From the human T2T-CHM13v2.0 reference genome, Homo sapiens, in NCBI RefSeq assembly GCF_009914755.1, contig NC_060946.1: a stretch of DNA of 64,000 nucleotides; one strand, written 5' to 3'. Of this stretch, positions 36,491 to 51,947 are shown piece after piece. The notes below the pieces were generated by a model. It saw nothing but the letters and a program-made list of their open reading frames with translations. It did no database searches and had not been told where the DNA came from. The stretch's first letter is position 1. Each line of letters opens with the position of its first letter. A program made the position numbers and the translations under genes.

Positions 36491-38223
36491 TTACTTATTC
36501 ATCTCAGAGGAATAGGCAAATATTGGAATGTTGGTCTGACCTGTGTATTTGGGAGAGGGAAGGAGGCCTGCTCTGCTTCTGTTTCTGGGCTTCCTTCCCT
36601 AGGGGGATGTGCTAAGCAGTAAATGGTGTGCCCATGTGGGAAACCCCGCAATTGTCCAGGCTGGCCTCTGACCGGGAGGTAAGTCCAATTCATGGAGACA
36701 TAAGTGAGAGCTCTATTTGTGGCCACAGTTGAAAGAACATCCTATACTCAAGACTAACGGCCATAAAGGAGGCTTATTTCATTCTTTATATGCGTGACTT
36801 CTGAGCCTTATTTCACATTTGGTTCCTAACTCAGGAAGGTAAGAAATAGTTTTAATGACAGAGCCCTGCAAATTCCAAAATCAGCCAAAGCCTATGAGTC
36901 TACATCCTATTCTCTTTTGTTCAAAGGGAGATTAGCAAGAGTTAGACAGATGTTAAGGACATATTTACACCAAAGAGAATTTCGCCAACTGCAGATAATA
37001 AAAACTCATTCAGAGGAATAATTTTCTCAATATATGATTCAAGGCTATTTAGTTTTATATTTGTATAACATCTAAAATAGTCTTTTATGCCAGCTACCAG
37101 TTATAAATACACTTGCGAGCACTGCCTGAGGCCCCTTAGAAAAAGCTTCTGCCTGGCCAGGCCAGCTTGGGTACACATCTTAATACAGAGTGGTCCCACA
37201 TAGCATGCCTGGGTTACTGCAACCCACATATTGCTGCAGACATCAAGTGTGGTCCACAGACAGACCAGACCACAATTCTACACCAAAGAAGGAAGCAAGT
37301 ATGTGCTTCCTCTCCAGCAGAGCCTGCAGACTTCACTCTTAATGAGCAATGCTTCTGCTCCCTCTGGTTTCCTTAACTGCTCCCTTGTTCCAGGCTGAGA
37401 TGCAATAAATATGGTACTACAAAGAGGCAAAGATGATTAAGCCATTGCTTTCTTCCTGCCTTCCTTATTTTGTCAGGAATGTGCCACAGTCCCTCCAAGG
37501 CAATCTAGGGCCTGTTTTCATTAAAATATACAAGGACATTTGAGCTGAAATAATCTTTAATTATTAAATTTACAATGCAATGGCAAACTTAGGAAAAGAA
37601 AGCGCGTGTGACAGCAACCTGAATTCTCAGTGAATCTGTTGCACTTACAGATTTAATAGGACTCATTTCAGAAAATCACCGCAGCCAGAATGAGAGTTTT
37701 TCAGTGAGTCCTTCATTTGAGAGTGGCCAAGTGCCTTTGATGATATGGGAAGATTCAAGGACAAGTCAGTGCCATATCAGAAAAGCTTTCCAAAAGAGAA
37801 GAACAGAGCAACTTTCAAGAAAAATCAAAAGGCCTTGTAATGCAGTAAAAGCAGCATGGATTGTAGGGGCTGGCAGAGTCCAGGTTGGAGACTGATTCAT
37901 CTGTGACCTTGAACAAACTATTTAACTTCCCTGAGCCTTGGTTTCCTCATCTGTTTATGGGGATAATGGCACCAGGTCGGGATAACATTCAAATACAATA
38001 GCCCATGTGAAGCTTAACATCTGCACTATAAAAAGCAGTTCCTTTTGGTTTTAATATTTATGGGTATGACCAAATACCATTGATCTCTTACCTGTTCAAA
38101 GATATCACGTGCCTATGCTATTTTCTTAAGACTTAACTAGAAATACTGATGCCCAGGCCTTTAAAACCTGTATTGATTCTACACTTAACACCTCAAAAAT
38201 ACATACCTGGAAGGGGTGAGAAT

Positions 38224-38726
38224 TGATAGAGGCAAAAGGCAGACAAATGCCTAGGCAGAAAGGAACAGGTCCCCAGTGAAATCCAACCTTCAAGCCAGAA
38301 ACAGTCCTGGGTAAATTCTTGAACTGGATTGAGAACCCGCCTTCCTGTTTGGTGTGATTTCCCCTAATTAATCCACATCCTTCACCTATTTTACACATAA
38401 CTACCCTTTCCTAATTGGTTTTCTACACTATCATGCCCACCTTTGTGTGGTGTCTTTGCTTTAACCTCTTTTGCATAGTCACAAACTAATCAGCATGCAC
38501 TTCCTATTCTGAGCCCATAAGAAGCCTTGAGCTCAGCTATATTGGGAACTCTCCTGCCTTTGAGTAGGGGGACCACCCCGCATCCTCTCCCCACTAAAAG
38601 CTGTTTCATCACTCAATAAAACTTCCCATCTTGCTCATTCTTTGAGTGTCCGTGTGCCTAATTCTTCCTGGTCACGAGACAAGAACCCAGACCTAGCTGA
38701 GCTAAGGAACAAAAAATCCTGCATCA
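38224..38726 (+). mobile_element. Solo LTR, ERV1/MER4-group-like
   Basis: TG...CA termini (tgat...atca), internal AATAAA near 38615, imperfect 4-bp TSD gaat/aaat. Confidence 0.8.
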
Positions 38727-38777
38727 AAATGATTATGGAGATCACAACGTCTACACTATCACCCAGAATGAAAATTA

Positions 38778-39251
<474 letters not shown>

Positions 39252-40165
39252 TTAACTCTGAGTAAAATGGACATCATAATAGTGCTCACCTCCTGAAGGC
39301 ATATGAGGAATCAATGCATTACCATCTGGAAAACACTTGGAACAGACCCTGATACAGAGCAAGAGCTACATTTGTATTTGTTAAATAAATAAAATACAGA
39401 CAAGTATTACATACAGCCTATATTCCCATATTCAAAACGGGGCTCTAAGGCAGGTTGAGAAACAAGCCAAAGCTCCAAGATGTAGAGGCACGTGCTTAGG
39501 GTCACCCAGCTCAGGCCTGGTAGGAGCAGAACCGGAACCCAGGCCTGCTTCTTTGTTTTATTCAAATCCTATGCACAACTCAGACAGTTCTACAATGAAT
39601 TCAAGCCTGAATAAGGGATAAGACAATTAAAGGCAGATACTGGTCACGAATATGCTCTTTTATTCACCACGTCCTTCAGGGGCACAAGTGAAGTTTAAAA
39701 AAACAAAACCAAAAACAACTACTTGATATGCAAAGTAAGGCAAATAACCCAGCTTCATCCTGCCAACAAGGCTGTAGAGTGTGAAAGCAGATCATGCTAG
39801 CAAACAAATATTAAATTTTTACAAGCTGATCCACTTTCCTGCCCAGGAGGTAAACACTTAGTTGCTAAATAAATATTTCTTTTCTCTGCTCCCTAAGAGT
39901 TTAGTTTCCTTGAAGAGCAGCAATATTTCCCCGTTTATCTGCAACTGGGATTGGAGTCACAGGCATTCCCCCCAATTTTCCTCTGAATAGCCTGCCGTCT
40001 AGGTGATACAGACGTGTATTGTGCTATTTTCTACTGGGTAACAAACAAACCTTTGTCATTTATAATTTGTATATATTTTTCTCATCCATCTTTCTTCTTC
40101 ACCATAGAGGTTGCATGCTGACACAACCAAAAATATATGTAACACTGAAAACAAAAACAAGATTA

Positions 40166-40462
40166 CGCCCAGGCATGGTGGCTCACACCTGTAACCCCAG
40201 CTCTTTGGGAAGCCGAGGCAGGTGGATCATCTGAGGTCAGGACTTCCAGACCAGCCAGGCTAACATGGTAAAACCCCATCTCCACTAAAAAAAATTAGCC
40301 GGGCGTGGTGGTGCATGCCTATAGTCCCAGCTACTCAAGAGGCTGAGGCAGGAGAATTGCTTGAACCCAGGAAGTGGAGGTTTCAGTGAGCTGAGATTGC
40401 ATCAAGATCAGGCCACTGCACTCCAGCCTGGATGACAGGACAAGAATCTGTCTCAAAAAAAA
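40166..40462 (+). mobile_element. Alu (AluS-type)
   Basis: TSD aaaacaagattac. Confidence 0.93.
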
Positions 40463-41368
40463 ACAAGATTACCTTTATTTCTACCACCCAAACACAACAC
40501 ACAAAAGTCCTATTTCTTATGTATTTTCTGCTAGTCTGCATTTTGACCCTGTATATGTGTACATGTCACATATAGGCATGTGTGTGTATACTGAAATATA
40601 TACGATGCATCCCATTTTAAATTATATTTTCACTTATTTTATATAAGCATTGCTTCATGGTATGCCATACTTTTCAAAACTGAGTACATGGTTTACCATA
40701 AGAGAATGTTCCATTATTTATTCTGTTCTTAAGTATTATCCAATTTTATAATTATAAAGCAATATTTTATAAAAGGTTTTTCTATTGTTAGGGTTCTCTT
40801 TTTAAGGGAGAGTCCCTACGGTGGTCATACTGGGTCAAGGTCTTCCCACACTGTATTAATTTCTCTCCAACAGGTCGCAGCAATTGTCAGCGTTGGCATT
40901 AGTGTGCAAGTGTGTCTATATTACTCTTTTACTATCTTTTGAAATATGTCATCAAGCATATGGCAGAAGTAAAACTGATTTGATGATGTAATGAAGCAAG
41001 CCTTAAATGAAAATTTGCACCAAATCTTGTCTGGAAAATAAATCTAATTACTATAATTAACAGTGAAAGCCAAAAGAAGCATCCTGCACCACTATTATTA
41101 TATTATTATTAACATTAGTAAGGTACTTCATTTGTCAATGTATTTTATAACCATGTATTAGTTAATCCCCATAATGTGCTTGGGAAGCAATGAAGCTATT
41201 TATAGCTGGACTTTCTGAGCCGAAAGTCTTTCAAAAGTCCTTTTGTCTTGTATCTCAACTCATCACCAGCATATCAATTCACAGAATCATTCCCATTTGT
41301 ATAATTTCAGGGATGACAGGAACTTCTGTGGTAATTTGGTCCAAGGTGGTCAGTAGTCATTAAAATGG

Positions 41369-42320
41369 TGTATGGTAAACGCACCTGACAGCAATAACTT
41401 AAGCATACCCTGAGAATGACCCTGTTTGACAGACGTACCTGAATGTATGTTCTGAACTGGAGAATCCAGGAAAGGCCAACCTGGAGATTCATTCCTTGTC
41501 TATAAGAAACATCTGAGCTCCCAAACTGTCCCATGGAATACAAGCCATACAGGGAATTGAGGCCCTGAGTTTTGGGATGATTGAAGTGGTGCTACTTGGC
41601 AACCTCCTGGTGCCACCCCCACTGGAGGTTGTTAGGGAAAGGGTGCTGATATGGTTAGGCTTTGTGTCCCCACCCAAATCTCATTTCGAATTGTAATTCC
41701 TATAATCCCCATAATCCCCATGTGTCAAGGGAGAGACCAGGTGGAGGTTACTGAATTATGGAGGTGGTTTCCCCCATGCTGTTCTCATGATAGTGAGTGA
41801 GTGAGTTCTCACCAGATCTGATGGCTTTCTAGGGGGATCTTCCCCCTTCACTCAGCACTTCTCCTTCCTGCCATCTTGTGAAGAAGATGCCTTGCTCCCG
41901 CTTCACCTTCCGCCATGATTATAAGTTTCCTGAGGCTTCCCCAGCCATGCTAAGCTGTGAGTCAATTAAACCCCTTTCCTTTACAAATTGCCCAGTCTCA
42001 AGCAGTTCTTTATAGTAGTATGAAAATGGACTAACACAGGTGCTAAGCCAAAATGTTATATAAACTGCATGCCTTTCATAAGTAGTTGCAGTTTTCCTGC
42101 CCAACCTGCTGCCACTGGGTCCTGGGGTTCTCCTGACCAGCCTGTTGCCACTGGGCTGTACGTAAGGCAGATCTGTCCAGCCCGCTGCCACTGGAATCTC
42201 TCCCCATATATGTAAGCCCCCAGTTAAACCCAACGTCTCATTTGCTGGCCCTGGGTTTCTTCTTTGGCCTCCTGAACCTAGTGCCATGCCCACTGGCGTA
42301 GACAGGGGCTCAGCATAACA
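41369..42320 (+). mobile_element. ERVL-type solo LTR (LTR47-like) interrupted by a THE1 LTR
   Basis: TG...CA termini; 5-bp TSD aatgg at 41364-41368 and 42321-42325; homologous to 54272-55002. Confidence 0.85.
41647..42038 (+). mobile_element. THE1D-like MaLR solo LTR
   Basis: tgatatggttaggctttgtgtccccacccaaatctc...ggactaacaca; 5-bp TSD ggtgc. Confidence 0.9.
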
Positions 42321-43277
42321 AATGGGATGCAGAATTTTCGTAGCACATACTAAGGATTTGCTTTCTTCTCAAGTCCTCACGCCGTCTTAAAAGTACGACA
42401 TGCCATCAGCAGCTAATAATATTACTACCGCTATTTTTTAATTTAACATCTTTGTGCTGCACAGTTACTGTAGGAGTAAAAGTTTACACCCAACAGGATT
42501 CTTACAATTTCAACAACTATTAGATTATCTGATTTGCAGCTAGGGCAACAGGAATAAAATTTATACACAACACCAGAGGTTTTTATGACCTTTAACTTTG
42601 CCATAATTGAGAAATAGCGTAATTGAATACCTGTACATCATGCAAAGGCCCTTTTCTAGAAAGTGGGCTTTTTTTTTTTTTTTTTAAACCAGGGAGAGAC
42701 CTGATACGTCATGGCAACAAGTAGTAAATACATAAAAGTCTGAAGACCACTCATCTCATTCAATGCTTAGTGTACAAAATGCCTGGTTTTAAGCCACAGG
42801 ATGAAGGCCGTAGTACTGAAAGGAGCCTTCAAAACTGCAGAGAAACAATAACAATGTGGAAAGGGCATCTCACCTCAGGTCAGAAGACAGTAGGTCAAGC
42901 CCCATTTGGCCATTCTTTCTTTGGTGTTTCCATTTCCTCTTCAAATATACAACTGAAATCATAATTCCAACTGGACAGCGCTATGAGGAAGAACTGACAG
43001 CCTCTACGGTGAACTGTTATCTATTTGTTGATTGCTTACTTCTCCTATCCACTTCTCCATTCAGGATGGGCAGTGAATTTGACGCTTGCTAACTTGCCAG
43101 CTTGCTGCAGGCACGTAAGTGGCCCAGCAGAAGAACCGTACAGGTCAGCCCAGTAGAAACAACTGAACTAATAAGTAAATGTTTCAGACCATTAAGTTTT
43201 AGGGTGAACTGACACACAGCAAAAGTTAACTGATTTAAAAAAAAAAAAAAAAAAACCTAAAGTCTAAAGAGTTAAAA

Positions 43278-43587
43278 TGGCTGGGGGCGGTGGCTCACAC
43301 CTGTAATCCCAGCACTTTGGGAGGCCAAGGTGGGTGGATCACCTGAGGTCAGGAGTTTGGGACCAGCTGGCCAACATGGAGGAACCCAGTCTCTACTAAA
43401 AATACAAAAATTAGCTGGGTGTGGTGGCAGGCGCCTGTAATCCAAGCTACTTGGGCAGCTGTGGCAGGAGAATCGCTGGAATCCAGGAGGCAGAGGTTTC
43501 AGTGAGCCAAGATCATGCCACTGCACTCCAGCCTTGGCGACAAGAGCAAAACTCCATCTCAAAAAAAATAAAATAAAAAATAAAAAT
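43278..43587 (+). mobile_element. Alu (AluS-type)
   Basis: Full dimer. Confidence 0.93.
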
Positions 43588-43729
43588 AAGGCAAAACGAA
43601 CTGCTGACAATCACTCAGCAATATAGTGTCATGAATGTGGAACTGAACTAAGTCTGGGCTGGATATATTAATTAACTGATTGAATATATATCTTCACGTT
43701 CTTTATTAATGAACTCCCCCAGACTGACT

Positions 43730-44530
43730 TCTCAAATAAGTAAACATTTATTGAGCATGTAATACGTGTCAGCTACTTTGCTAAGATACTAGGGACACAG
43801 AAAATGACGGCATGGGTTCTGTCTTCCAGAAAGCCCACCTTCTGCTACAGCAGACCTGTCATTAATAGATATATAAAATATAATGTAATAAATCTAATGA
43901 TGGAAAGAAGCACAGGGGGTATTGTGGGCTGGTAGACGAGAAACCCCAACACAGGCAGAAGGTTGGCTTCCTGTCAGAAAAGATGCTTATGTAAAGTCTT
44001 AAAGGCTAAGAGGGAGTTTGCCAAGGTGAGGGTGGGAGGAAATGGAGAAGGAGGGAGAAATGGGTAGACAGAGCAGCATAACCAGACATAACAGGCCGGA
44101 CACGCTATGGGGGCAGAGGGGAGCTACAAGCAGGTCAGAGCTGCTGGAGTGCAAAGTCAAAGCAAAAAGAGGAGACAGAAAGCACTATGGAGATCAACCT
44201 GGTCTTTGTGCCATGGTAAAAGGGTTTGATTTCCACCCCTTGACAAGGAGAAGCCGCTAAAAGGTTTTGAGAAATCAGATGTGCCTGTTTGAAATGTCAT
44301 TCTGGAATCACAGCAGATGATCTGAAGAGTAGAAACTGGGGAAGCAGGAAGGACACATGAAGGTGAGAGGATAGGTGGCCCTGAATGACATCAGTTGCAG
44401 TGGGGATGGAGAGAACGGGGAGAAAGTGAAAACTATCTCAGAGGGAGAATCGCAAAGCACTGACTGCAGATGGGCTTGTTGGAAGACAGAGAGAAGGTAG
44501 AACCAATGACGAATCCCAGTTCCTTGCAGG
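43730..44530 (-). mobile_element. L2 fragment
   Basis: aaacatttattgagcatg...ctagggacacag L2 3' signature. Confidence 0.65.
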
Positions 44531-45100
44531 GTTGGTAGGTCTTGAAGCCCACCATGGTTCCCATCTTTGTTTATGCCATTGACAGATTCAGGTGCAGCAT
44601 TTTACACTGATCTCTGTTCAGCTGACCTCTGCAAACTTTTCACCACTATTCCTACTATGGAGAGCCTCCTGGATCCTGACTCATCCACCCAACAGGTTTC
44701 CATGCTGTTGGCTACAGCTGTGGATAAGCTTCATCCAAACCCTTGGCAAGAGTGTTAAAGCAGAGCCAAGGACACTGGCTGGAACCATGAACACCATTCT
44801 GGATAGGACCCTGGGTATGTCTAGATGCCAATCAAAATAGTGAGGAACAGAAGAAAAGTTCCATGAGAAAGCAGAAGCCAATGCTGGAAGTGTCACATGG
44901 AGAAGAGATGAGCATCCAGAGGCATTATCACTTCCAGGTAGAAGAAGAACCAATCCTTAGGATGATGGTTCCCATGGGGGTCCACGAGAGTCAATGGAGA
45001 TCATCCACAGGTTGGGAAACAGTTTAACTAAGGCAGGACTTTTTTACAGTCAGAAATGCCCAAAAGTGGGACAGCCCACACCAGAATAGAGGAAGCAACC

Positions 45101-45441
45101 TGTCTATAAGAAAACACCACCGACTAGGTGGATAAAACAAGAGACATTTATTTTCCCACTGTCTGTGAGGCCAGAAGTCCAAGATCTTTTGAGGCCGCTC
45201 TCTTGACTTGCATATGGCCTCCTTCTCAATGTATGTTCACATGGTCTGTGTTTGGCACATGTCTGTATCCTAATCTCCTCTTTTTTTTAAAGGACACCTG
45301 TCATATTAGATTAGGGCCTACACTAATGACCCCATTTTAATCTAATTAAAGACCCTATCTCCAAATACAGTCATATTCTCAGGTACCAGGAATGAGGGCC
45401 TCACCATAAGAATTGTGGTGGGCATAACTCAATCCATAACA
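45101..45441 (-). mobile_element. MLT1A-like solo LTR
   Basis: TG...CA termini; 5-bp TSD caacc at 45096-45100 and 45442-45446. Confidence 0.82.
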
Positions 45442-45773
45442 CAACCTACCGACAAGGATGTATAACAACTGAGATCTGGTAAATGCTAGGCAGGGGAAGC
45501 TGATAGAGAGACTGAAGCATCAGATTTGAGGTGTCCTTTAAGATTGCATTAGGTCTGAGAGTTACAATTCTAAACATGGCAAGACAGCACCTAATCGCTG
45601 TCATTAAACATTGTTAACACAATCATCTCCTCAGGGTTTCAGACAAAAATTACATTTTTATGGCAGCTAGAATGATTGATGAGAAATTTTGCTCCTATTT
45701 AACCCTTCCCCAAGGAAATACACAGGCAGGCAGTGACAGACCTCAGCCCACACAGCACAGAAGTTGTTCTTAC

Positions 45774-45856
45774 CTATGGAACAGGACGGATTTGACCAGG
45801 GTGACGACATCCCGGCTGGCATTGTATCCGGCGCAGACAATAGCAACGTGGATTGT
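45774..45856 (-). CDS. LARGE1: LARGE xylosyl- and glucuronyltransferase 1, internal coding exon (83 nt, [27 protein letters not shown]+AG)
   Basis: Minus strand reads tcttttcttcccag|ACAATCCAC...TTCCATAG|gtaaga: polypyrimidine tract, AG acceptor, GT donor; retained CpGs; peptide matches remembered LARGE1 sequence including an N-A-S sequon. Missed by the ORF track. Confidence 0.96.
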
Positions 45857-47848
45857 CTGGGAAGAAAAGAAGACGGGGTGAGCAGTCAGACAGACGGAAG
45901 GAGGCCTTCCTGGTGCTTCAGATCACACTAGAAAGAAAAATTGCCCTGATTTCTTGTTGGCATCATTAGAAAACAAAGGACACTGTCTGCAGCTGTGGAA
46001 AATAACTCAAGACAGTTTTATTAAGGCCTTTTTAATCGGCTTATGGAGCTATTATCATTTGGAAACCATTAAGGCTCCTTCCAATTACATTTTGGGGACA
46101 AGAGAGATGGTGATTGGCTCAAATAGGCAAACAGTGAGTCTCCTGTCCTCAAGCTGAGCGACAATGACAATTGGTTAAACAGAGAGGAAAGAAATACATC
46201 TTGAAAGTATGAACCAACAATCAGGGATCTCAGACTAAGAAGTTATGGCTCAGAGAGTTAGTGAAATGTTCCCACAAGATGTGTTGGGTTAGGGTCAACC
46301 TAATAAAAGGGCCAAAGGGGACACAGGAACACCTCCGCACCCCATCTGGGATACAGTTCAAAGAACGGAAGACTGGCAGAATTGAAGGGAACCCAAGGGG
46401 TCATCTCAACTAAGTAGCCAGGAGCATGGGCCTCAGACATGAATCCCTGAACTCAGGGTGACCCTGGGAGTGCTGCAGGGTCCACTGACTCACTGCCATT
46501 TAAGCGTCATGACACGTGTCTTGCAGGATGGTGCTAAGGAGTGAGGGAACAATGCCAAGAGGGGAATATGCTGCCCACCACACTACATTCCAATGATACC
46601 AAAAAAGGTCCTCCAGAGCTGGGCTTCCCAAATGGAGTGCCCAGGCACCTTAGTGTGCCACGATTGAATTACAGGTGACAAATATACTCATCTGTTTACG
46701 CCCTCTAAGCTACTGGGCGGGGCTGGCATCCTCAGGCAACTTTTCTATTTTCCTCCTGCATCATAGCAGTTATCATTTTCTATGTGTGGCACAACTTGAA
46801 AAAGATCGGAAAGCACCACTCTAGGGCATCCCCGACGGGACATCATTATCCAGCCTCGGGAAGAATGGAGAGTTCATACTTCCGGATTTTGTCCTTTCTA
46901 CTGAAGCACAGCCTTCCTTGAATGGAAACCTGCCTCTTAACACCCACTCCAGTTGCATTCTGTCCTGGGCATATTGTAGAACAATGACGTTTCCTCCAGC
47001 ATTCAATACTTCCATTAAAGGAGGGGACCTGAGAGATGCCTTTTCTTTTCCAGAACTCCTCAGAGCCCTTGCTCCCATGACACGGGCTTCCAGATACCTT
47101 GTTATCCCAACCAGCCATGTCAAAATGCAGTTCTGATATCTGGGTCCATCCCATACAGGGTGATGTGACAATGTCCTCTGGTTCCCAGGCCTCCTTCATC
47201 ACCCCACTGTCTTATATCAGCACGGGAGGCTCGGCCATCAGGGATGAACCATCCCACACCCTCCAATCCACATCCATGACCCATTTAACCCCAATGACCT
47301 TCACCCCAACTTGGACACCTATTCCCAGTACGAGAAACTTGACCTTGGCTTCATATAGAATCTAATTTTCTCAGAAATCCTACAATTATGGGCTTGCCAC
47401 ATGAGCAGGACTCAGAGCCTCACATCACTCTACCGCTCCTCTTCCTCTATGGAGGGTCCCTTTGCCGTTGACTGTTAGGCTCCATGCTGGCCCCCACCAG
47501 GGCTCATCTGAACCATCACCCCACTCTGCTCTCAGCTCCCGTATGCACTCTACCCCCACATTCAAAATGCAAATCCCCAACCCAGATGGGTGCTACGGTC
47601 TCCACCTCTGCTCTTATACCTGCTCCCAAGAAGAAAGAGGAGTGGAGATGCAAGAGAGGAATGAGAAGCATCATGAAAGCTAGTATGTAGTGAGCAAATC
47701 ATGACATTCCAGGCACTGTGCTTCATATTACCAGATTTCAGGCTCAAAGCTGTATGAGACAGGTACAGTATTATCATTTTAGTATCACAGATCAGGAAAC
47801 CCAGGCTTAGAGAATTGGGATTTGAATTCTGAAACAGACTGTTTTTGC

Positions 47849-48145
47849 TTTTTTTTTTTTTTTGAGACAGAATCTCACTCTGTCACCTAGGCTGGAATGA
47901 AGTGGCACTATCTCAGCTCACTGCAACCTCTGCCCCCCAGGTTCAAGTGATTCTCCTGCCTCAGCCTTCTGAGTAGCTAGGATTACAAGCACCCACTACT
48001 ACGTCCAGGTAATTTTTGTATTTTTAGTAGAGCTGGTTTTTACCATGTTGGTCAGGCTGGTCTCAAACTCTTGACCTCAAGTGATCCACTCACCTTGACC
48101 TCCCAAAGTGCTGAGATTACAGGTATAAGCCATCGCACCCCGCCT
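47849..48145 (-). mobile_element. Alu (AluS-type)
   Basis: Antisense dimer with T tail. Confidence 0.93.
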
Positions 48146-48280
48146 AGAATAGATTCTTAACCCTGGTGGTACATCAGAAACAGATTTTTAAGATATATTC
48201 TGTGCCCCAGGCCCTCCGTCCTTCAGACCAATAATTCACAGTCCCTGATGCCCAGGATCTTCAAATGCTCTACTGGAAGG

Positions 48281-48525
48281 CAGTAGTTCTCAACCAGGGA
48301 CATATTCACCTCCCTATCCTCCAACCCGCAGGACATCTGCAATGCCTGGAGACAGTCTTGGTTGTCACTACTTGGTGGGTCTGGGGTGGGGGGCAGGGGG
48401 ATGCTACTGGCATCTGTGAGTAGAGGCCAGGGATGCTGCTCAGCATCCCACAATGCACAAGACAGCCCCAAAACAAAGACCTGTCCTGCCCCAAAGGTCA
48501 AGAGCAGTGCTGTTAGAAAACCCTG
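48281..48525 (+). mobile_element. MER20-like hAT MITE
   Basis: cagtagttctcaacc...gaaaaccctg termini. Confidence 0.8.
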
Positions 48526-49331
48526 TATGAGGGATGAGGGAGCAAAATGAAGCAAAATGAAGCAATGTCAGATCCCTCTGGGTTTTCTGGTACCTTTTTT
48601 TCAGGCTAATTTATGCATATTTTAATTTCTCCACCTGTAAAAGAAAGACACCATTGCTTATCTCTGGATAATATCTGTAAAAGACTCAGGATGAAAGATT
48701 ATAATGCAGATGTAACTGTCACCATTTCAATCATGAGGGAAATGAATAGGAAAACGCCTGCACATGGAAGACATAACTGGGAAGGGGATGAGAATGGGGA
48801 AAAACACGCTGAATCAGGCTCTTCAGAATCGCAAATATTTAAACATACAGCCTCAGAGATATCAAACTTTGTCTTGGCTTCAGGGTTCAGAGACTTTTTA
48901 AAATGGGCCCATTAAATGTAAGCACAAGCATGCACATTCTTGAACATTTTACATAATTTTCCAATCTCTTTAGTTTCATCGAATACACCTGCCACCATGA
49001 ATAAATGCATCATCTGGAGGCATAGCAGCAGGGCCCTGCTCCCTGGGAAAGCAGAAAATCACAGTGGCATCGACTATGTTCTTAGAGGAGTTTTGGGTGT
49101 TCCAAAATCTGGGGTTACAGAAGTGAACCATGAGTGGGGCAGGGGTTGGAGTGGGAATGGGGAGAGTAGGGAGAAAGATAAACGATCCTTGAAAGAATGG
49201 GGTCACAAAAATGGTTTTGTCATGTGACTTTAGGGCTTGAAGCTATTAAGTTCAGTTTTTAAGTTTCTTGGTGTGGTAGATTAAAAATGGTCACAACTAT
49301 TCAACATTCCTCCTATCAAAGGGTGGGGTCT

Positions 49332-49828
<497 letters not shown>

Positions 49829-50323
49829 CTAGGCCTTCCTGTCTACACCTGAAATTACAGTCATGCTTTGCTTAACAACACAGATATCTTCTGAGTAGCC
49901 TATCATCGTTAGGTGACTTTGTCTTCCGAGCAACTTTAGAGTCCACTTACACAACCTTAGATGGTATAGCCTACAACACACATAGGCTATATACTAGAGT
50001 CTACTGCTCCTAGGCTACAAACCTGTATACATGATACTACACTGAATCCTGTAGACAACTGTAACACAATGGTGAGTATTTCTATCTCTTAACATAGAAA
50101 AAGTACAGTAAAAATATAATATAAGAGAAAAAAATGGTACACCTGTATAGGATACTCATCATGATTACAGTTCACAGAAATCGAAGTAGCTCTGGGTGAG
50201 TCAGTGAGTGGTCAAAGAATGTGAAGGCCTAGGACATTATAGTACACTACTGTGTACACTTAGTTTATAAACATGGTACACTTAGACTATACTAAGTTTA
50301 TAAAAAATATTTTTCTTCAATAA

Positions 50324-50682
<359 letters not shown>

Positions 50683-50687
50683 AACTA

Positions 50688-50856
50688 TTTTTTTTTTTAA
50701 GAGATGGGGTCTTGCTATATTGTCCAGGTTAGAGTACAGCGGTTATTCACAGACATGATCACAGAACACGACAGCCTCGAAGTCCTGGGCTCAAGCAATC
50801 TTCCCGTCTCAGCTTCCAGAGTAGCTGGGACTATAATTGCACACCACTGTGCCTGG
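50688..50856 (-). mobile_element. Alu monomer (FRAM/AluJ-like)
   Basis: Single diverged right-type arm. Confidence 0.8.
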
Positions 50857-51649
50857 CTCTTAACTTTTTGACTGTTTTATAACAACACATAGCTTGAAAC
50901 ACAAACACATTGTACAGCTGTATGAAAATACTTTATATTCTTATTCTATACGCATTTTTCTGTTTTAAAAATTATTTATTTTTAACTTTTAAAACTTTTT
51001 TGTTAAAAACTCAGACATAAACACACACCTTAGCCTAGGCCTACACGGAGTCAGAATCATCAATATCACTGTCTTCCACCTCCTTACCTTGTCCCACTGG
51101 AAGGTCCTCAGGGGCATTAACACACATGGAGCTGTCATCTCCTGCGACAGCAAGGCCTTCTGAAATACCTCCTGAAGGACCTGCCTGAGGCTGTTTTACA
51201 GTTAACTTTAAAAAAAATAAGTAGAAGGAATACACTAAAATAATGATAGTATGATAAATACATACACTGGTAACACAGCCATTTTCTCTCTAGTATTATT
51301 ATGTACTGTACATAATTGCGCTATAGTTTTATACAAATGGCAGCGCAGTCGGTTTGTTCACACCAACATCACCAAACACATGAGCGATGTGTTGCACATG
51401 ATGTTAGGATGGCTATGATGTCACTAGGCAATAGGAATTTTTAGCTCCATTATGATCTGATGGGAGCAGTGTGGTAAATGCAGTCCACTGTTGACAGATA
51501 TGTCATTATGTAACACATGACTGTATAGACATAACACTCATGTTTCTCTGTCACAAAGTCCAGATGGAGGATGGAATGATGTTCTCGTTTGCCCCTCCAA
51601 CTCACTCTCTACCCTTCTCCTAACAGTCCTGTGTCTGGAGAGTCTGGCC

Positions 51650-51947
51650 GTTTGTTTGTTTGTTTTGAGACCGAGTCTCGATCTATCGCCCAGGCTGGAA
51701 TGCAGTGGTATGATCTCAGCTCTCTCCAACCTCCGCGTCCCAGGTTCAAGCGATTCTCTTGCCTCAGCTTCTCAAGTAGCTGGGACTACAGGCATGCGGC
51801 CATCATGCCCAGCTAATATTTGTATTTTTAGTAGAGATGGGGTTTGGCCACGTTGCCCAAGCTGGTCTTGAACTCCTGGCCTCATGTGATCCGCCCACCT
51901 CGGCCTCCCAAAGTGCTGGGATTACAGGCATGAGCCACCGTGCCTGG
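51650..51947 (-). mobile_element. Alu (AluS/J-type)
   Basis: Antisense dimer; TSD gagtctg. Confidence 0.92.

Noticed and set aside
46821-47365. Cluster of overlapping 70-118 aa ORFs
   Set aside because: No recognisable protein; part resembles an L3/CR1 3' remnant
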